DNA from: Octopus bimaculoides
Lineage: Eukaryota
DNA length: 63,893 nucleotides
Direction of reading: 5' to 3'
Assembly (NCBI RefSeq): GCF_001194135.2
Contig: NC_068986.1
Span: 49,875,496-49,939,388, forward strand
A model generated the notes under the pieces. It saw only the letters and a program-made list of their open reading frames with translations. It was not told the origin of the DNA and did no database searches. Positions within the stretch are counted from its first letter, which is position 1, and each line of letters opens with the position of its first letter. Both the position numbers and the translations under genes were made by a program. Below are positions 24,271-37,269 of this stretch, piece by piece.

Positions 24271-24757
24271 CATCATCATCATCATCATCATCGTCATCAT
24301 CGTTTAACGTCTGCTTTCCATGCTAGCATGGGTTGGACGATTTGACTGAGGACTGGTGGAACTCGAAGGCTACACCAGGCTCCAATCTGATTTGGCAGAG
24401 TTTCTACAGCTGGATGCCCTTCCTAATGCCAACCACTCAGAGAGTGTAGTGGGTGCTTTTACGTGTCACCAGCACGAAGGCCAGTCAGGCGATACTGGCA
24501 ACGGCCACGCTCAAAATGGTGTATTTTATGTGCCACCCGCACAAGAGCCAGTCCAGAGGCACTGGCAACGATCTTGCTTGAAAGTCCTTACACACGCTGC
24601 GGGCACAAGTGCCAGAAAGGCGACGCTGGGCACAGGTGCCATCACAATTTCGATTGCCCCAACAGGTCTTCCCAAGCTGAGTTTCGTGTCCAATGAAGGA
24701 GACGATGTTGGCATGGGTGCCAGTCGTCGAATTTAGTTCGATTTCGATTTCACTTGC
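24271..24757 (-). mobile_element. F repeat: RTE LINE 3'UTR-derived segment with (GAT)n tail, young
   Basis: Minus strand begins GCAAGTGAAATCG (compare RTE end GCCAAGTAAGATCG at about 17230) and ends GGAAAGCAGACGTTAAAC(GAT)n; CpG-rich. Shorter copies at 27163-27366 and 28257-28450. Confidence 0.8.
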
Positions 24758-25735
24758 TGCATAATAATAATAATAGTTCACAACATGGTGGTGGTGGTAG
24801 TAGTAGTAGTGTCTATGATGATGATGATGGTGATGATGCTGTCTTATCAATGGACATGACAAAGATATAAAGATGATGTCAACAACAAGAAAAAGGATAA
24901 CAATGATGACAACACGAAAATGAAAGATCAACGAAGATGAGACAACAAAAAGGATAATGTTGATGATAATTGGGAAATTACAATAACCATGTTAATATGA
25001 CAATGATAGGAAGGCTGATGATGATGATGACGACGACGATGGCAACAATCGTCAGCATCAGTGTTATGAAGATGATGACGACAACGACTTAAAGGTACAA
25101 GACCAAACAAAACTGATGTCTTGATGTCAAAATTCGTCATTATTAACAACTAAACACCTAACTATTAATTAAAGCATGGATAATGTTTAATTTAATCTTT
25201 CTATCTCTGTCCTGCCTCCCACCTTGTCTCTCTCTCTATCTATATTTCTCCCCCCCTCTCTCTCTCTCTCACTATCTATCTAGCTATCTATCTATTCATC
25301 CTTCACTCCCTCTTATCCTCTATCACTCTCATCTTCCTTTCTTTTTCTCTCTATCATTTCTTTGCTGTGTATTTCTCCTTTCAATTATTTACAAATAAAA
25401 TTAATTGAAAAATATTTAATGTAGTTTTTTTTTTTTATCTTTTTTTTTTTCTCTCTTTAAATACAGAGGTTGGAGTTGTAAATTAAATTGGGAAAATGGA
25501 AATTCAATTATTGTTATTTTTCTTTTTCTTTTGTTTGTAGGTTCAGTTGATTCATAAGTTGAGATGTAGAAGTAAAACAACTGAACCATATGGTCATGTG
25601 TTCAAACTCAACAAAAGGCACTGTATGTATAAGACAATACCTATAGGAACCTTTGCCTGAAACCGAGGTTTCAAAGAACTAGATAAGTAATAAGAGCCTC
25701 TCTGGTTTAGGTTATATATATATATATATATATAT

Positions 25736-26106
25736 TCTTTTATTTGTATCAGTCATTTGACTGCAGCCATGCTGGAGCACCCCCTTTTAGACAAACAAAT
25801 TCACTCTAGGATTTATTTTTTTAAGCTTAATACTTATTCTATTAGTCTCTTTTGCCAAACCCCTAAGTTACAGAGATGTAAACACCGGTTGTCATGTGAC
25901 AATGGGGAGACACAAAGACACACACACACACATAGATAAATATACATGACGGGCTTGATTTAGTTTCCATCAGCCAAATTCACTCACAAGGCTTTGGTAA
26001 GCCCAAAGCTACAATAGAAGACACTTGCCCAAAGTGCCACTCAGTGGAATCAAACCTAAACCATGTGGTTGGGAAGCAAGCTTCGTACCACACAGCCATG
26101 CCTGTG
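25736..26106 (-). mobile_element. SINE family B, full length
   Basis: Colinear with 56001-56420. Confidence 0.85.
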
Positions 26107-26181
26107 CCTATATACAATATAGACTAAAAATAGATAAATGCAGTTAGATACAATATAAAAGCATATAGCAAAAATTTAAGT

Positions 26182-26215
<34 letters not shown>

Positions 26216-26603
26216 NNNNNNNNNNNNNNNNNNNNNNNNNNNNNNNNNNNNNNNNNNNNNNNNNNNNNNNNNNNNNNNNNNNNNNNNNNNNNNNNNNNNN
26301 NNNNNNNNNNNNNNNNNNNNNNNNNNNNNNNNNNNNNNNNNNNNNNNNNNNNNNNNNNNNNNNNNNNNNNNNNNNNNNNNNNNNNNNNNNNNNNNNNNNN
26401 NNNNNNNNNNNNNNNNNNNNNNNNNNNNNNNNNNNNNNNNNNNNNNNNNNNNNNNNNNNNNNNNNNNNNNNNNNNNNNNNNNNNNNNNNNNNNNNNNNNN
26501 NNNNNNNNNNNNNNNNNNNNNNNNNNNNNNNNNNNNNNNNNNNNNNNNNNNNNNNNNNNNNNNNNNNNNNNNNNNNNNNNNNNNNNNNNNNNNNNNNNNN
26601 NNN

Positions 26604-26656
<53 letters not shown>

Positions 26657-27364
26657 TGATTAAACCTCCAACCACATGGTTCCAGGTTCATTCCCACTGT
26701 GTGGCCACCTTGGGCAAGTGTCTTCTACTATAACTTGTTAGTGAATTTGGTATGTAGAAACTGAAAGTAGTCTGTCATCTATATTTAGGCAACTGAACTG
26801 GCAGCCCCATTAAGCCTGCTTGGAGAGGAGAGTGATTATTGGATACCCTGTGGGGTGAAGAATAAGACCCATTAAAGGGTGGAAGAACTCAAAAGAACCA
26901 AAGGCCATCCAACTGAGGCCTGCTGTTCATGAGTCTCCTGGCACACTTGCACCAACTGCTGCTATCAGCAATACCATAAAGTATGAATGGTCCCACTCAA
27001 GACATTACCACTTTAAACAAGTCTTTGTGGGAGTTAGCAAAGGGATTTGTCTACTCCACTTTTTATCAAGATTATCCTGAGAAAGGAAAAGAAAAGGAGG
27101 ACAAAAGTAAAATGCTTTGAGCCTTATGTGTCAAATATAATGAGAGTCCATTATATATATATCATCATCATCATCATCATTTAATGTCTGCTTTCCATGC
27201 TAGCATGGGTTGGACGATTTGACTGAGGACTGGTGGACCAGGAGGCGACACCAGGCTCCAATCAGATTTGGCAGAGTTTCTACAGCTGGATGCCCTTCCT
27301 AATGCCAACCACTCCGAGAGTGTAGTGGGTGTTTTATGTGCCACCGGCATGAGGGCCAGTCAGG

Positions 27365-27429
<65 letters not shown>

Positions 27430-27434
<5 letters not shown>

Positions 27435-27512
27435 CAAATTTATAGAAAAACAAAAGACAAAGACAGGTGTGGGAACAACAAGCAAAAGTATTAGCTTGAC
27501 TCTGAATGCTCT
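27430..27512 (-). mobile_element. Penelope-type pseudo-LTR 3' fragment abutting (TA)n
   Basis: Reverse complement ...ACACCTGTCTTGTCTTTTGTTTTTCT.TAAATTTGAACTA(TA)n matches 8815-8852. Confidence 0.65.
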
Positions 27513-30500
27513 GACAATTCTGCCAGCTCCCCAATCCCACAGGATAGGTGACTTAATTTACGAACCCCAAAGAAATGGAAAGTTAAGTTGGCTTCTATAG
27601 GATCTGAACTCAGAACATAAGACACTAGAATAAATACCACATGGTATTTCATCAGAAGTTCTCTCAACTCTGCTAATTCACTGCTTCAGGGCATCAACTG
27701 AGGCACTAAAGTAGATTTATAAGTGGACCACATCTCCAATTGGGTTTGATTCCCAATTAAAACCATTTTGAAAAGCTTATAAGATAGATGATATTTCTAT
27801 CAAGCCAGTACTTGCATTTATTTTATTGAACTCTGAAGGGAATCTTCATCATCATCATCATCACCTTCAATGTCACTGTGTTGATTTAACAGTCTTTTTT
27901 TCATGCTGGCATGGTTTCTACAGCTGGATGCCTTTCCAAATGCCAACCTCTCCACAGACAGTATTGGGAGCTTTGTATGTAGCACCAGCACTGGGGATGT
28001 CACCAGGTTCCCATTCAAGAGAGATCCTTCAACTGAGTGGGGTATATACTATCAAGGAATATTAAAGTATGATAGAAGGACAAGGTGTCTTGTTGAAGAG
28101 GTGAATACATGGCTTACCCATTAGGAAAGAGAGAGACAGGGAGAGAGAGAAATGTGAAGGAACCAAATGACAGCCAGTGAGACTGAACATGGGTGTTACT
28201 AAATCTACAACCCTACAAGTTCTCACCCTGTGAAACCTGCAAAAAGATATTATCAACATCGTTTAATGTCCACTCTCCATGCTGGCATGGGTTGGACAGT
28301 TTGACATGGAGCTGACCTACAGGAAGTTGCCCAGACTCCAGCTGTCTGTTGTGGCATGGTTTCTACAGATGGATGCTCTTCCTAATACCAACCACTTAGC
28401 AGAATGTGGTAGGTGCTTTCTTTATGTGCCACCAGCAAGGGTGCATTTACGCAGAACCAGCACGGGTGTATTAACGCGGCACCCTCAAAAAGACAATAAC
28501 AAATAAAAAAAGAAAGAACAGTGATATTTAACAATAAACGTTTTTTGAAAGAAACAAAAAAAAATGAAATATAATTTTAGAAAATAAAAACACTCTTATC
28601 TAATTTAAAAAAAAAAAATTAAACAGGAATAGGGTGGTGGGACACACAGACAAACTGATTTAAAAAAAAACAAATTCAACAAAGTACAACAAAAATACTT
28701 AAAAATAAAATATTACAAAATTTTTGTTTAAATAAAAAAATAAATTTTAATTATCAGCAAAAGAACAAAAACAAAAAAAAACCCACTTTATGAACAATAA
28801 GAACAACAAAAGAAACAATAACAAATCTGAAATTAATTGAACGTTTGTAAATTCGTTAACTGATGTATTGTGCTAGTTAAACATTTGATTGTGTGAATAT
28901 CGCAGAGGAGTTGGTGTCGGGATGGAAAGTATGGGAGAGTGGTATTGTTTGGCATTGTTTATCTGAGATTGCGTTATCTATCAATTTAATCTACTTAGGT
29001 ATTCATCTATTCATCTACTTGGTTATCTTAGTGTCTCATCGAAATATCTTTGTGTGTGTATATATATATATATATATACGAACACACACAGCACACACAC
29101 ACATGCAGGTCCGCACACGCACATACGGTTTTCTGGCTGCTTAGATGACTCCGTCTAAATATCTAAAGCATCTCATCTGTTTAGTTATCTGTTTATCTAC
29201 CTTATTTAATAATTTACCTATTCATTTATAAGAGGTATGATACAAAAACAAAAAAAAACAAAAAAAAAAAACAGAAAAACAAATTGAGTTGAGCAGCTAA
29301 TGTAAGACGTATCAAGAAGATACCACACCAAAGACACAGAAACCAACACACATGCGAAGATACCTGCAGAAGGAGAAGATAGACCACGATTGTACATACA
29401 GAAGCATTAAAAAAATATAAAAACAAAATCATGGAGATGCATACACCCGCATGCATAGAGAGATAAACAAAAACCAGAAACATAAGCATGTACACACACA
29501 CATGCATAAAAAAACCAAGACAGTATATTTGTTAATTCCATGTGAGCATGACAGTGTGGTTAAGAAACTTGCATCCCAACCATGTGATCTTGGGTTCAGT
29601 CATACTATGTGGCACCTTGGGTAAGTGTTTGCTCTCTCTCTATATATATGTATGTGCATATGAAATAGAAAGAAATAATGGGTTGTATATATTTATTCAT
29701 TTATTTATTATAGGCTTTATAATATTTAGAAATAACGAATTTCTAAATCTCTCAGAGAGACTTAAGCAGTAGTGATGCGATAAAGTAGAGGAGTTTGTCT
29801 CCCCCTCGCAAACATAAGGACACAGAAAATGTGTCAAAGCCAACAGGAAGCGGTCCAGCTTCCTAGGGCTAAATAGCAGTAGTATATTCCCTTATTGGGA
29901 CTGTCACGTTAAGTTGGCAGTATACAACTACTTTATGATATTCGGTTATGCATTCGGGTGCATTCAACTGATTAACTTAAAATATAGGGAACCACCCCTA
30001 CAATATCTTCCTCAGAGCTAAAACACACACACACATATATATATATATATATTCATTCATTCAGGCATGGCTGTGTGGTGAGAAATTTGCTTCCCAACCA
30101 CATAGTTCTGGGTTCAGTCCCACTGCATGAAACTTTGGACAGTAACCTTCAGCCGAGGCTAGTCTTATGCCAAAATTTGAAACCATTATGATGTTTCTTA
30201 TTATCATTAACAACTTAAGAAAGATTCTTGAAATAGCCACAATATTGGCTAAAAAAATATGTTAAAATAATGTTATCTTGAACAAAAACGATCATTAAGA
30301 TGAACAGATTTGGGCCTGATGTCAGGTACAAAAAGGATATATGCTCATAGTATTAATGAATTCCTTTTGTACAAAAAAAAAAAAAAAATGTTCCACATAA
30401 AGCTGTACTAAAAGAGTGCAGAGTATGAGAATCATGGGATGGTAAACTGCTATATGTGCTCACACCTATATGTTCCATGCCTTTTGATGACATCAGGGAT

Positions 30501-30684
30501 ATTCATTATTGAGTTTACAAGTGAGTTATGCTATATAATCTCAAAACATTCAGGAATGAGAGAGTAATCTGGTTTAAGAACACATACAGACAATCTACTT
30601 CTGTAAGAATAATTTATTAATAAGTATACACATTAATTCATTGTTAGTGCTGGAGGCAGTATTAGTTTAGAAAAGCATTTCATA

Positions 30685-31043
30685 TATATTTAACTTAATG
30701 TGGATATATTATAAGAAAGCTACAAAACTGTGGTCCTTATTTTGAGAAAGCAGCTCGTATAGACATATGGTGCTAAAAAGCACAGAGGAGTATCAGCAGA
30801 AGATCAAAAAAAAATTGATTTGTCTTAGCATAGAGCTGATAGTGGATACTTGCTACTGATGATGTGTTAATATGCAGAAATACCAGATCTATCAATTCGA
30901 TCACAGCTGCTGGACACTTTACATCAGCTACTGATACACTTCTGCACATTTCAGACCTTATATGTCTATATGAGATGTTTTCTTGAGATATATACCACAG
31001 CAGTATGGCTTTCTTACAGAATATACACATTAAGTAAAATATA
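30685..31043. repeat. Old long imperfect inverted repeat (arms ~120 bp, spacer ~120 bp)
   Basis: 30685-30803 aligns to the reverse complement of 30924-31043 at about 75% by hand; 65 of the first 84 positions match without gaps. Confidence 0.85.
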
Positions 31044-31496
31044 CAGAATGCTATACAAATAAATGCAATTTAGATAGAAAAATAAGCAAATAAAATAACA
31101 AGCCTTGAGACATGCAAAACATGAAGTCAACCAAACATGTGTATATATATATATATATGCAAAAGTTTCGTACATTGCTTTTTCAGAAGACGAAAAAATA
31201 GTGTCAATATTCCATTGCAAAACTATTGTACTACACTTTTGATATCTTGGCAGCTGAAGCAGACAGAAATATGGTAGTTTGACCAAAAGAACCGGCTACT
31301 ACAAGCAAAAAGAAATATTGAAAAAAATGCATTTGGCCAAATTTGGAGATACGATAGTAACATTATAGCAACAATATATATATATATATAATTGTATTTA
31401 TAGATCTCTACCAAAAATTTGGTAAAAATATTGTACCTGTTATCAACATAGCAAAATTCTCATATGAAAGGTTGTTTATCATACAATTTTGTGTGC

Positions 31497-31705
31497 ATAT
31501 CAATTTCAGTAAGAGCTATAACGCGACCCATCGTAAAAGCTTGTGTAATAATGACCTATGCACATTTCGATGCAATATCCCGACTCACTCCTGTATGTTA
31601 TAAAAAATAGAATATTGTATCTCTTCAGGGTCAGATTTGATTAAAATGTGCATAGGTCATTAAACAAGATTTTACAATGGATCGCGTTATAGCTCTTATT
31701 TAAAT

Positions 31706-31711
<6 letters not shown>
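31497..31711. mobile_element. MITE with ~70-bp TIRs at TA
   Basis: ATATCAATTT.A.TAAGAGCTATAACGCGA.CCAT.GTAAAA...ATGACCTATGCACATTT (31497-31567) inverted at 31644-31711; right end runs into (TA)n. Confidence 0.8.
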
Positions 31712-31761
<50 letters not shown>

Positions 31762-31764
31762 GGT

Positions 31765-31970
31765 AGCAAGCTGGCAGAATTGTTATCAAAACGCTTAGCG
31801 GCATTATGTCCATTTTTACATTCAGAGTTCAAATTCCACCAAGGATGACTCAGCTTTTCATTTCATCTTTTCAGGGTAAATAAAGTAAGTACCAGTTGAT
31901 CATTGGTGTCAATTTAATCAACTTACTAACCTCCCCTAAAATTGCTGGTCTTGTGCCAAAATCTGAAAGC
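31765..31970 (+). mobile_element. SINE family C
   Basis: GCTGGCAGAATTGTTA...GAGTTCAAATTCC...AAGTACCAGTTGA...CTTGTGCCAAAATCTGAAA. Confidence 0.8.
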
Positions 31971-32103
31971 AATATTACTTTCACCGGCAGGGCTCCAGCA
32001 TACCCACAACTTGTGGGCTGAGATATGTATATAAGAGTAAGAGAATATGAATAGATACAAATATATGTACATAGACCAACATGAATAAAGATACATGTGT
32101 GAT

Positions 32104-32155
<52 letters not shown>

Positions 32156-32629
32156 ATAGATAGGTAAATATGAACGCTTACAATTAGGAATTGATTAATC
32201 AAACCGATGTTAGACAATACAACACATTAACACCAATAACACTAATATTTAATATCAAAGAATCAGCAAAGAGAAAAAAATCATGTTAGGTGCCTGTACA
32301 AGTCCTCATTTATTAGAAATTAATGTGTACATGTGTGTGTGTGTGTGTGTATGTTTATATNNNNNNNNNNNNNNNNNNNNNNNNNNNNNNNNNNNNNNNN
32401 NNNNNNNNNNNNNNNNNNNNNNNNNNNNNNNNNNNNNNNNNNNNNNNNNNNNNNNNNNNNNNNNNNNNNNNNNNNNNNNNNNNNNNNNNNNNNNNNNNNN
32501 NNNNNNNNNNNNNNNNNNNNNNNNNNNNNNNNNNNNNNNNNNNNNNNNNNNNNNNNNNNNNNNNNNNNNNNNNNNNNNNNNNNNNNNNNNNNNNNNNNNN
32601 NNNNNNNNNNNNNNNNNNNNNNNNNNNNN

Positions 32630-32670
<41 letters not shown>

Positions 32671-35474
32671 AACATGGAAGAAGGACATTAAACGATGATG
32701 ATACATATATATCATAAGTATATATATATATTTATATATACATATAAAACATGCGCATACATACACATTCACATACCTATGTGCACATTTACATGTGTGT
32801 CTACGTATATATATATATATATAATTCTGTCGTTATCATATGTATGAAATCTCAACAATACATACAAACACACATATTTCAATACATACGAGACATTATG
32901 CGCATACACTCACACCCACCCACCCACAAATGTATACACCCCCTCACACAAATGCCTATCAATAATGTGTACACGTATGAGTATATATATATATGATACA
33001 GAGATAACAATATGCAGGCTTCCCGCTCACACATGAGCACGCAAAGGTTATGCAGAACAAATTGCATTGCACACCCACACACTAAATGTGTGAGTGTGTG
33101 TGTACTTGGATATTGGAGGAATGTATTCCAAAATTGTACGTAGATGTTATATTAATGTAAGGTATGCATAAGAGTTGAAAAACACTGGGAAAAGATTTTG
33201 TTGAATGATTACAAATTGAAACTGGAGATTGGAAAAAAAGTCTTGGTAATATTTATTCACCATTACACATGTTTCATTTGCTAATAGTAGTTATAAAATT
33301 GCATGTGTAGGAGGAACACTTGTGATCTATCCTATTAGAAATTCTTCAAGACACAATCAAATAATGTATTACATGATTCTGTGTCTGAAAAATTCCAATC
33401 TTCTGTGAAAACATGTGTGGTGTTGGGTAATGTAACCATGATTGGTAAAAAGGTGAGGGTTGGCAATAAGAAAGGCATCCAGCTGTGGAAAATTCTCCTC
33501 AACAACTACCATCTGACCCATAAAAGCAGGGAAAAGTGGACATTAAAGAATGATGATGATGACGGTGATCTTTCTTGGAAGATCACTAATAATAATAATA
33601 ATAATTACCAGAATGTTCTGTATAGCTCTCTCGCTATCTCCATCTTTCAGCTTTGATAGCATTAAACAGTTGGTGGAGGGAAAGAAAAAATAAATGGTGC
33701 TACATGTTGCTTATATGTAGAAGTAGCTGATCATTGCAAGCTAAAACACACACACATGCACATGCACAGGACCATACATACACAGCACAACTGTCAATCA
33801 CGTACATTGACTTTACAGCTTACAGCTGACAGCAGTGATCTGAGTCGCATTTCCATGGTAACTAGTTATAAGCTTTGTGGACAGAGCCAGCAAAAGCAGA
33901 GAGAATTATTTATTATTATCATTATTATTATTGTTTTTTTTTTTGGCTTTGTTATTTGCCATGGACACAGTGCATTGATGGTCATGGAAAACAAAACTAG
34001 TGACTATACAGCCAATCTTACAACAAACCTACCAACCCACTAGTCTCACAGTCTAAAATACATTGAGCTATGAGGGTAAACTGTCAAAAATATATTGATC
34101 TCCAAACACACACACACACACACACACACACTGACACTAAATGCTATTGACCTGTTGGCCTTTACAAATGGAAAATTTATTGTTTTAAATTGATGGTTAT
34201 CAAGATCTTCACTTTCACTTCTTTCCTTCCTTCATTTCTTTCTTCCTTCTCTCTCTTTCCCCATCCTTTCATTCTCTCTTTCTTACTAAATTACTCTAAT
34301 AGAAACGAAGAAGCGTTCTCTGAAATTCCTACATGGAGTCATAATGATTATTACACCACAGGCCCGGAAAGAAATCATTTTGGCTGTCTTGAACGATGCT
34401 GCCCTCGTTAGTAGACAGTGATTTACAGAGAAAATTGCTCAGTAATGAGAATAACATCACTTGAAATATAGCCAACATAAACTAATTTTTATTTCAAATT
34501 ATTATCATTTTTTAAAATTCATATTATCATTTTTTTTTTATTATTAATTAAAAAAGAATAATTTTTTTTTTTTTTAAATAACAATATTCTTGCCATTTTT
34601 ATGATTGGAGTTTTTTTTACTACATTTTTTTTTTGCCTGATGCAACTTACTGGGTCTCATCATCATCATCATTTCAAAATTGATAAAAATATTTCTCTAT
34701 ATTACAGATTTAATGTAGTGTTATTGAAAAACCAGAATATGCATTTTCTGTAGAGAGAAAAAGAAAATTCCTTTCATAGACATATTGCTTTAAAAAAAAT
34801 TATAATACTTCAGAGGTAGGCAAAACAAAATAACCAGCAACCATGAGATGCACATTTCATTGTTTTTGCAGCTTGTCAATGTCACACACTCATGTCACTT
34901 CTGAAAAGAGGTCGAACCTGCTGGTCCAAAGTGTATGGAGATGGGGTATAAACAACAATGCAATAGTTTGCAATGATGTTGCTCAGCCTGAATAAAATTC
35001 AAATTATGCAATAAAGAAACAGCTCTGATAAAAATAGATACCAATAAAATGTTTTGAGGTTAATCTAATCGACAATGCTTTGAGGTTAATCTCATCTCAC
35101 TGGCCCTTACAAAGATACTCTTGTACTGCATCAATATGAAACGTGAGCAGCAGCTGCAACAGTTTGGTTGCTGTAATTATAAATCATTATAGTTCATAAC
35201 TATTCTATATTTGGTTTATGGTTATTAGTTTCCATCTTTCTACATACCAAGTTCAGACCCCATTAGGGTTCACTTAGCCCCTTACTCTTCTGTGTCAATA
35301 ACAGACTAGTCAAGTACTGGCCTTAACTGATTCTCTCCAACAAATTGTATAGCCCTGGACTTACATAAGAAGCTACTGTTCTTCTTTCAGGGGTTGATAA
35401 CATAAATCCTCTGTTGAATAATGGAGTCGATTTTATCAATTGTTCCTCTCCTGAAATTCCAAATTTGTACTTAA

Positions 35475-35640
35475 CCTTTCAGCATCTAACCAGCTATATC
35501 CAGCCCAAATACCCTACCTGTTTTATGCTCAAACTGGCCAGATCCAGCTTCAAACACCTGCCCTACTTTGTTGTTCTAGAACTAAACAATAGAGATAATT
35601 AAGCATTACATTTGACAGAATAATCTGAATGCTACAAGGG
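35475..35640. mobile_element. piggyBac-type MITE (same family as 41886-42110), degraded
   Basis: TTAA|CCTTT start; shared end CATTTGACAGA.TAAT.TGAATGC...AAGGG. Confidence 0.6.
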
Positions 35641-35825
35641 AAACAATTATCATTAATATGCCACTAAGCATTTTTGTCCAGAATCATTAGTGCTGTACAA
35701 GATGCTTAGCAGCATTTAATCCATCTTCATGTTCTGTGTCCAAATGCTGCCATGGTCAACTTCACCTTTTATCCTCTGGGATGAAGTACCAGTTGAGCAC
35801 TGAGGTCGATTACATCAACTTAGAT

Positions 35826-36515
35826 CAAGCCTGGCCAAATCAAATTACATTACGGGTCACTTTCACCACAGAAAGTTGTATACTGACAGGAGTGAAAGCA
35901 TTTTGATTTCTCATGCTATTATTACAATAACGGTGGAGGCGCAATGGCCCAGTGGTTAGGGTAGCGGACTCACGGTCATAGGATCGCGGTTTCGATTCCC
36001 AGACCGGGCGTTGTGAATGTTTATTGAGCGAAAATGCCTAAAAGCTCCACGAGGCTCTGGCAGGAGATGGTGGTGAACCCTGCTGTACTCTTCTACCACA
36101 ACTTTCTCTCATTCTTACTTCCTGTTTCTGTTGTGCCTGTAATTCAAAGGGTCAGCCTTGTCACACTGAATATCCCCGAGAACTACGTTAAGGGTACATG
36201 TGTCTGTGGAGTGCTCAGCCACTTGCACGTTAATATCACGAGCAGGCTGTTCCGTTGATCGGATCAACTGGAACCCTCGACGTCGTAAGTGACGAAGTGC
36301 CACCAATTACAATAATGAATGAATGAGTGTTGATTCAACATGAAATATTATCGTTGCAAAAACATTAGTATCTTTCTTTTTTTACTTTTCATTTTTGATA
36401 AAATTTTTTTAAATGTTTGTTTAAATAAACCCATTTCGAGAAAGTATCAAGTGAACTGCAAGATAAAAGTCTGTGGGCTGAATGCATCCTGTGGGCCTCA
36501 GGTTGGCCAGCCCTG
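35826..36515. mobile_element. hAT-type MITE inserted in a C SINE and itself carrying a family A SINE
   Basis: Ends CAAGCCTGGCCAAA / GTTGGCCAGCCCTG; decayed 8-bp TSD ACTTAGAT / ACGTAGAC; the C SINE continues on both sides (35670-35825, 36524-36570). Confidence 0.7.
35932..36305 (+). mobile_element. SINE family A, full length, young
   Basis: A-box TGGCCCAGTGG, B-box GGTTTCGATTCC; 10-bp TSD ATTACAATAA at 35921-35930 and 36306-36315. Confidence 0.95.
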
Positions 36516-36589
36516 ACGTAGACCTTCCCCTAAAGTTACTGGCATTGTGCCAAAATTTGAAACCATTATCATTATTATGATTATGCAGA

Positions 36590-36790
36590 GAGTTGGCGTA
36601 ACTGTTAGCACAAGGGGAGAATGCTTGGTGATACGTCTCCTTGTTTTTTATATTCTGAGTTCAAATTCAGCCAAAGTTCACCTTGCCTTTCATCCTTGCA
36701 GGATCAATAGGTCCAGTCAAGCACTGAGGTTGATGTAATTGACTTCCCCCAGCCCACTAAAGTTGTTAGCCTAATGCCAAAATCGGAAAT
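36590..36790 (+). mobile_element. SINE family C
   Basis: GTTGGCGTAACTGTTAGC...GAGTTCAAATTC...GCCTTTCATCC...GCCAAAATCGGAAATTATT. Confidence 0.75.
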
Positions 36791-36821
36791 TATTATCAAT
36801 ATTATTATTATTATTGATTGA

Positions 36822-37260
36822 TTGAGAGAGCAGCACATGTCATCAAAATGACATTGGGGTACAAATATATGAAGCCCAGTATACCCGTCTGACAAAGGTA
36901 CATCAGACACATGCATGACAACCATACGTGCATGACATAGTGAAATCAAAATAAGCAATACATGACCTTGCAGGTGGGGGGGGGGGCTGTTAGAATTTTC
37001 TACAGGTCAAGTAGCCCATCCTGTTCAAAAGGTCCCTGAATAAGGATGTTGAACAAAACACCCATGTCTCCAGAGGTGAATTATCCAAACCCTCAAACAT
37101 TCCTCTCAACACATGGCTATGATGCTCCCCCACCACTTCTGCTCATGATTAGAGATGCACATATTGTCAGCCACTAAGGGACATGCTTAAGTGGTTAAGG
37201 TCAAACAACTGACATGCAAATCTAAGGTACTGAACAGAATATTAGCTGTAGCCCATCTTT
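36822..37260 (-). mobile_element. Element D
   Basis: Reverse complement of 22922-23478 with small deletions. Confidence 0.85.
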
Positions 37261-37269
37261 TTATTACTG

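Noticed and set aside
24356-24931. Cluster of overlapping GC-rich ORFs
   Set aside because: All lie in the RTE 3'UTR-type repeat F and adjacent trinucleotide repeats; no protein motif.
29280-29363. Strong minus-strand acceptor TCTTCTCCTTCTGCAG
   Set aside because: No convincing donor, low-complexity downstream sequence and no recognisable peptide.
30685-31043. G:U-wobble bias as evidence of selected RNA structure in this inverted repeat
   Set aside because: A hand count gave comparable numbers of wobble-compatible and incompatible transitions plus transversions, so no bias is claimed.
35932-36010. tRNA-like A/B boxes (also in B and C heads)
   Set aside because: These are SINE heads continuing into repeat bodies with TSDs; there is no complete cloverleaf.
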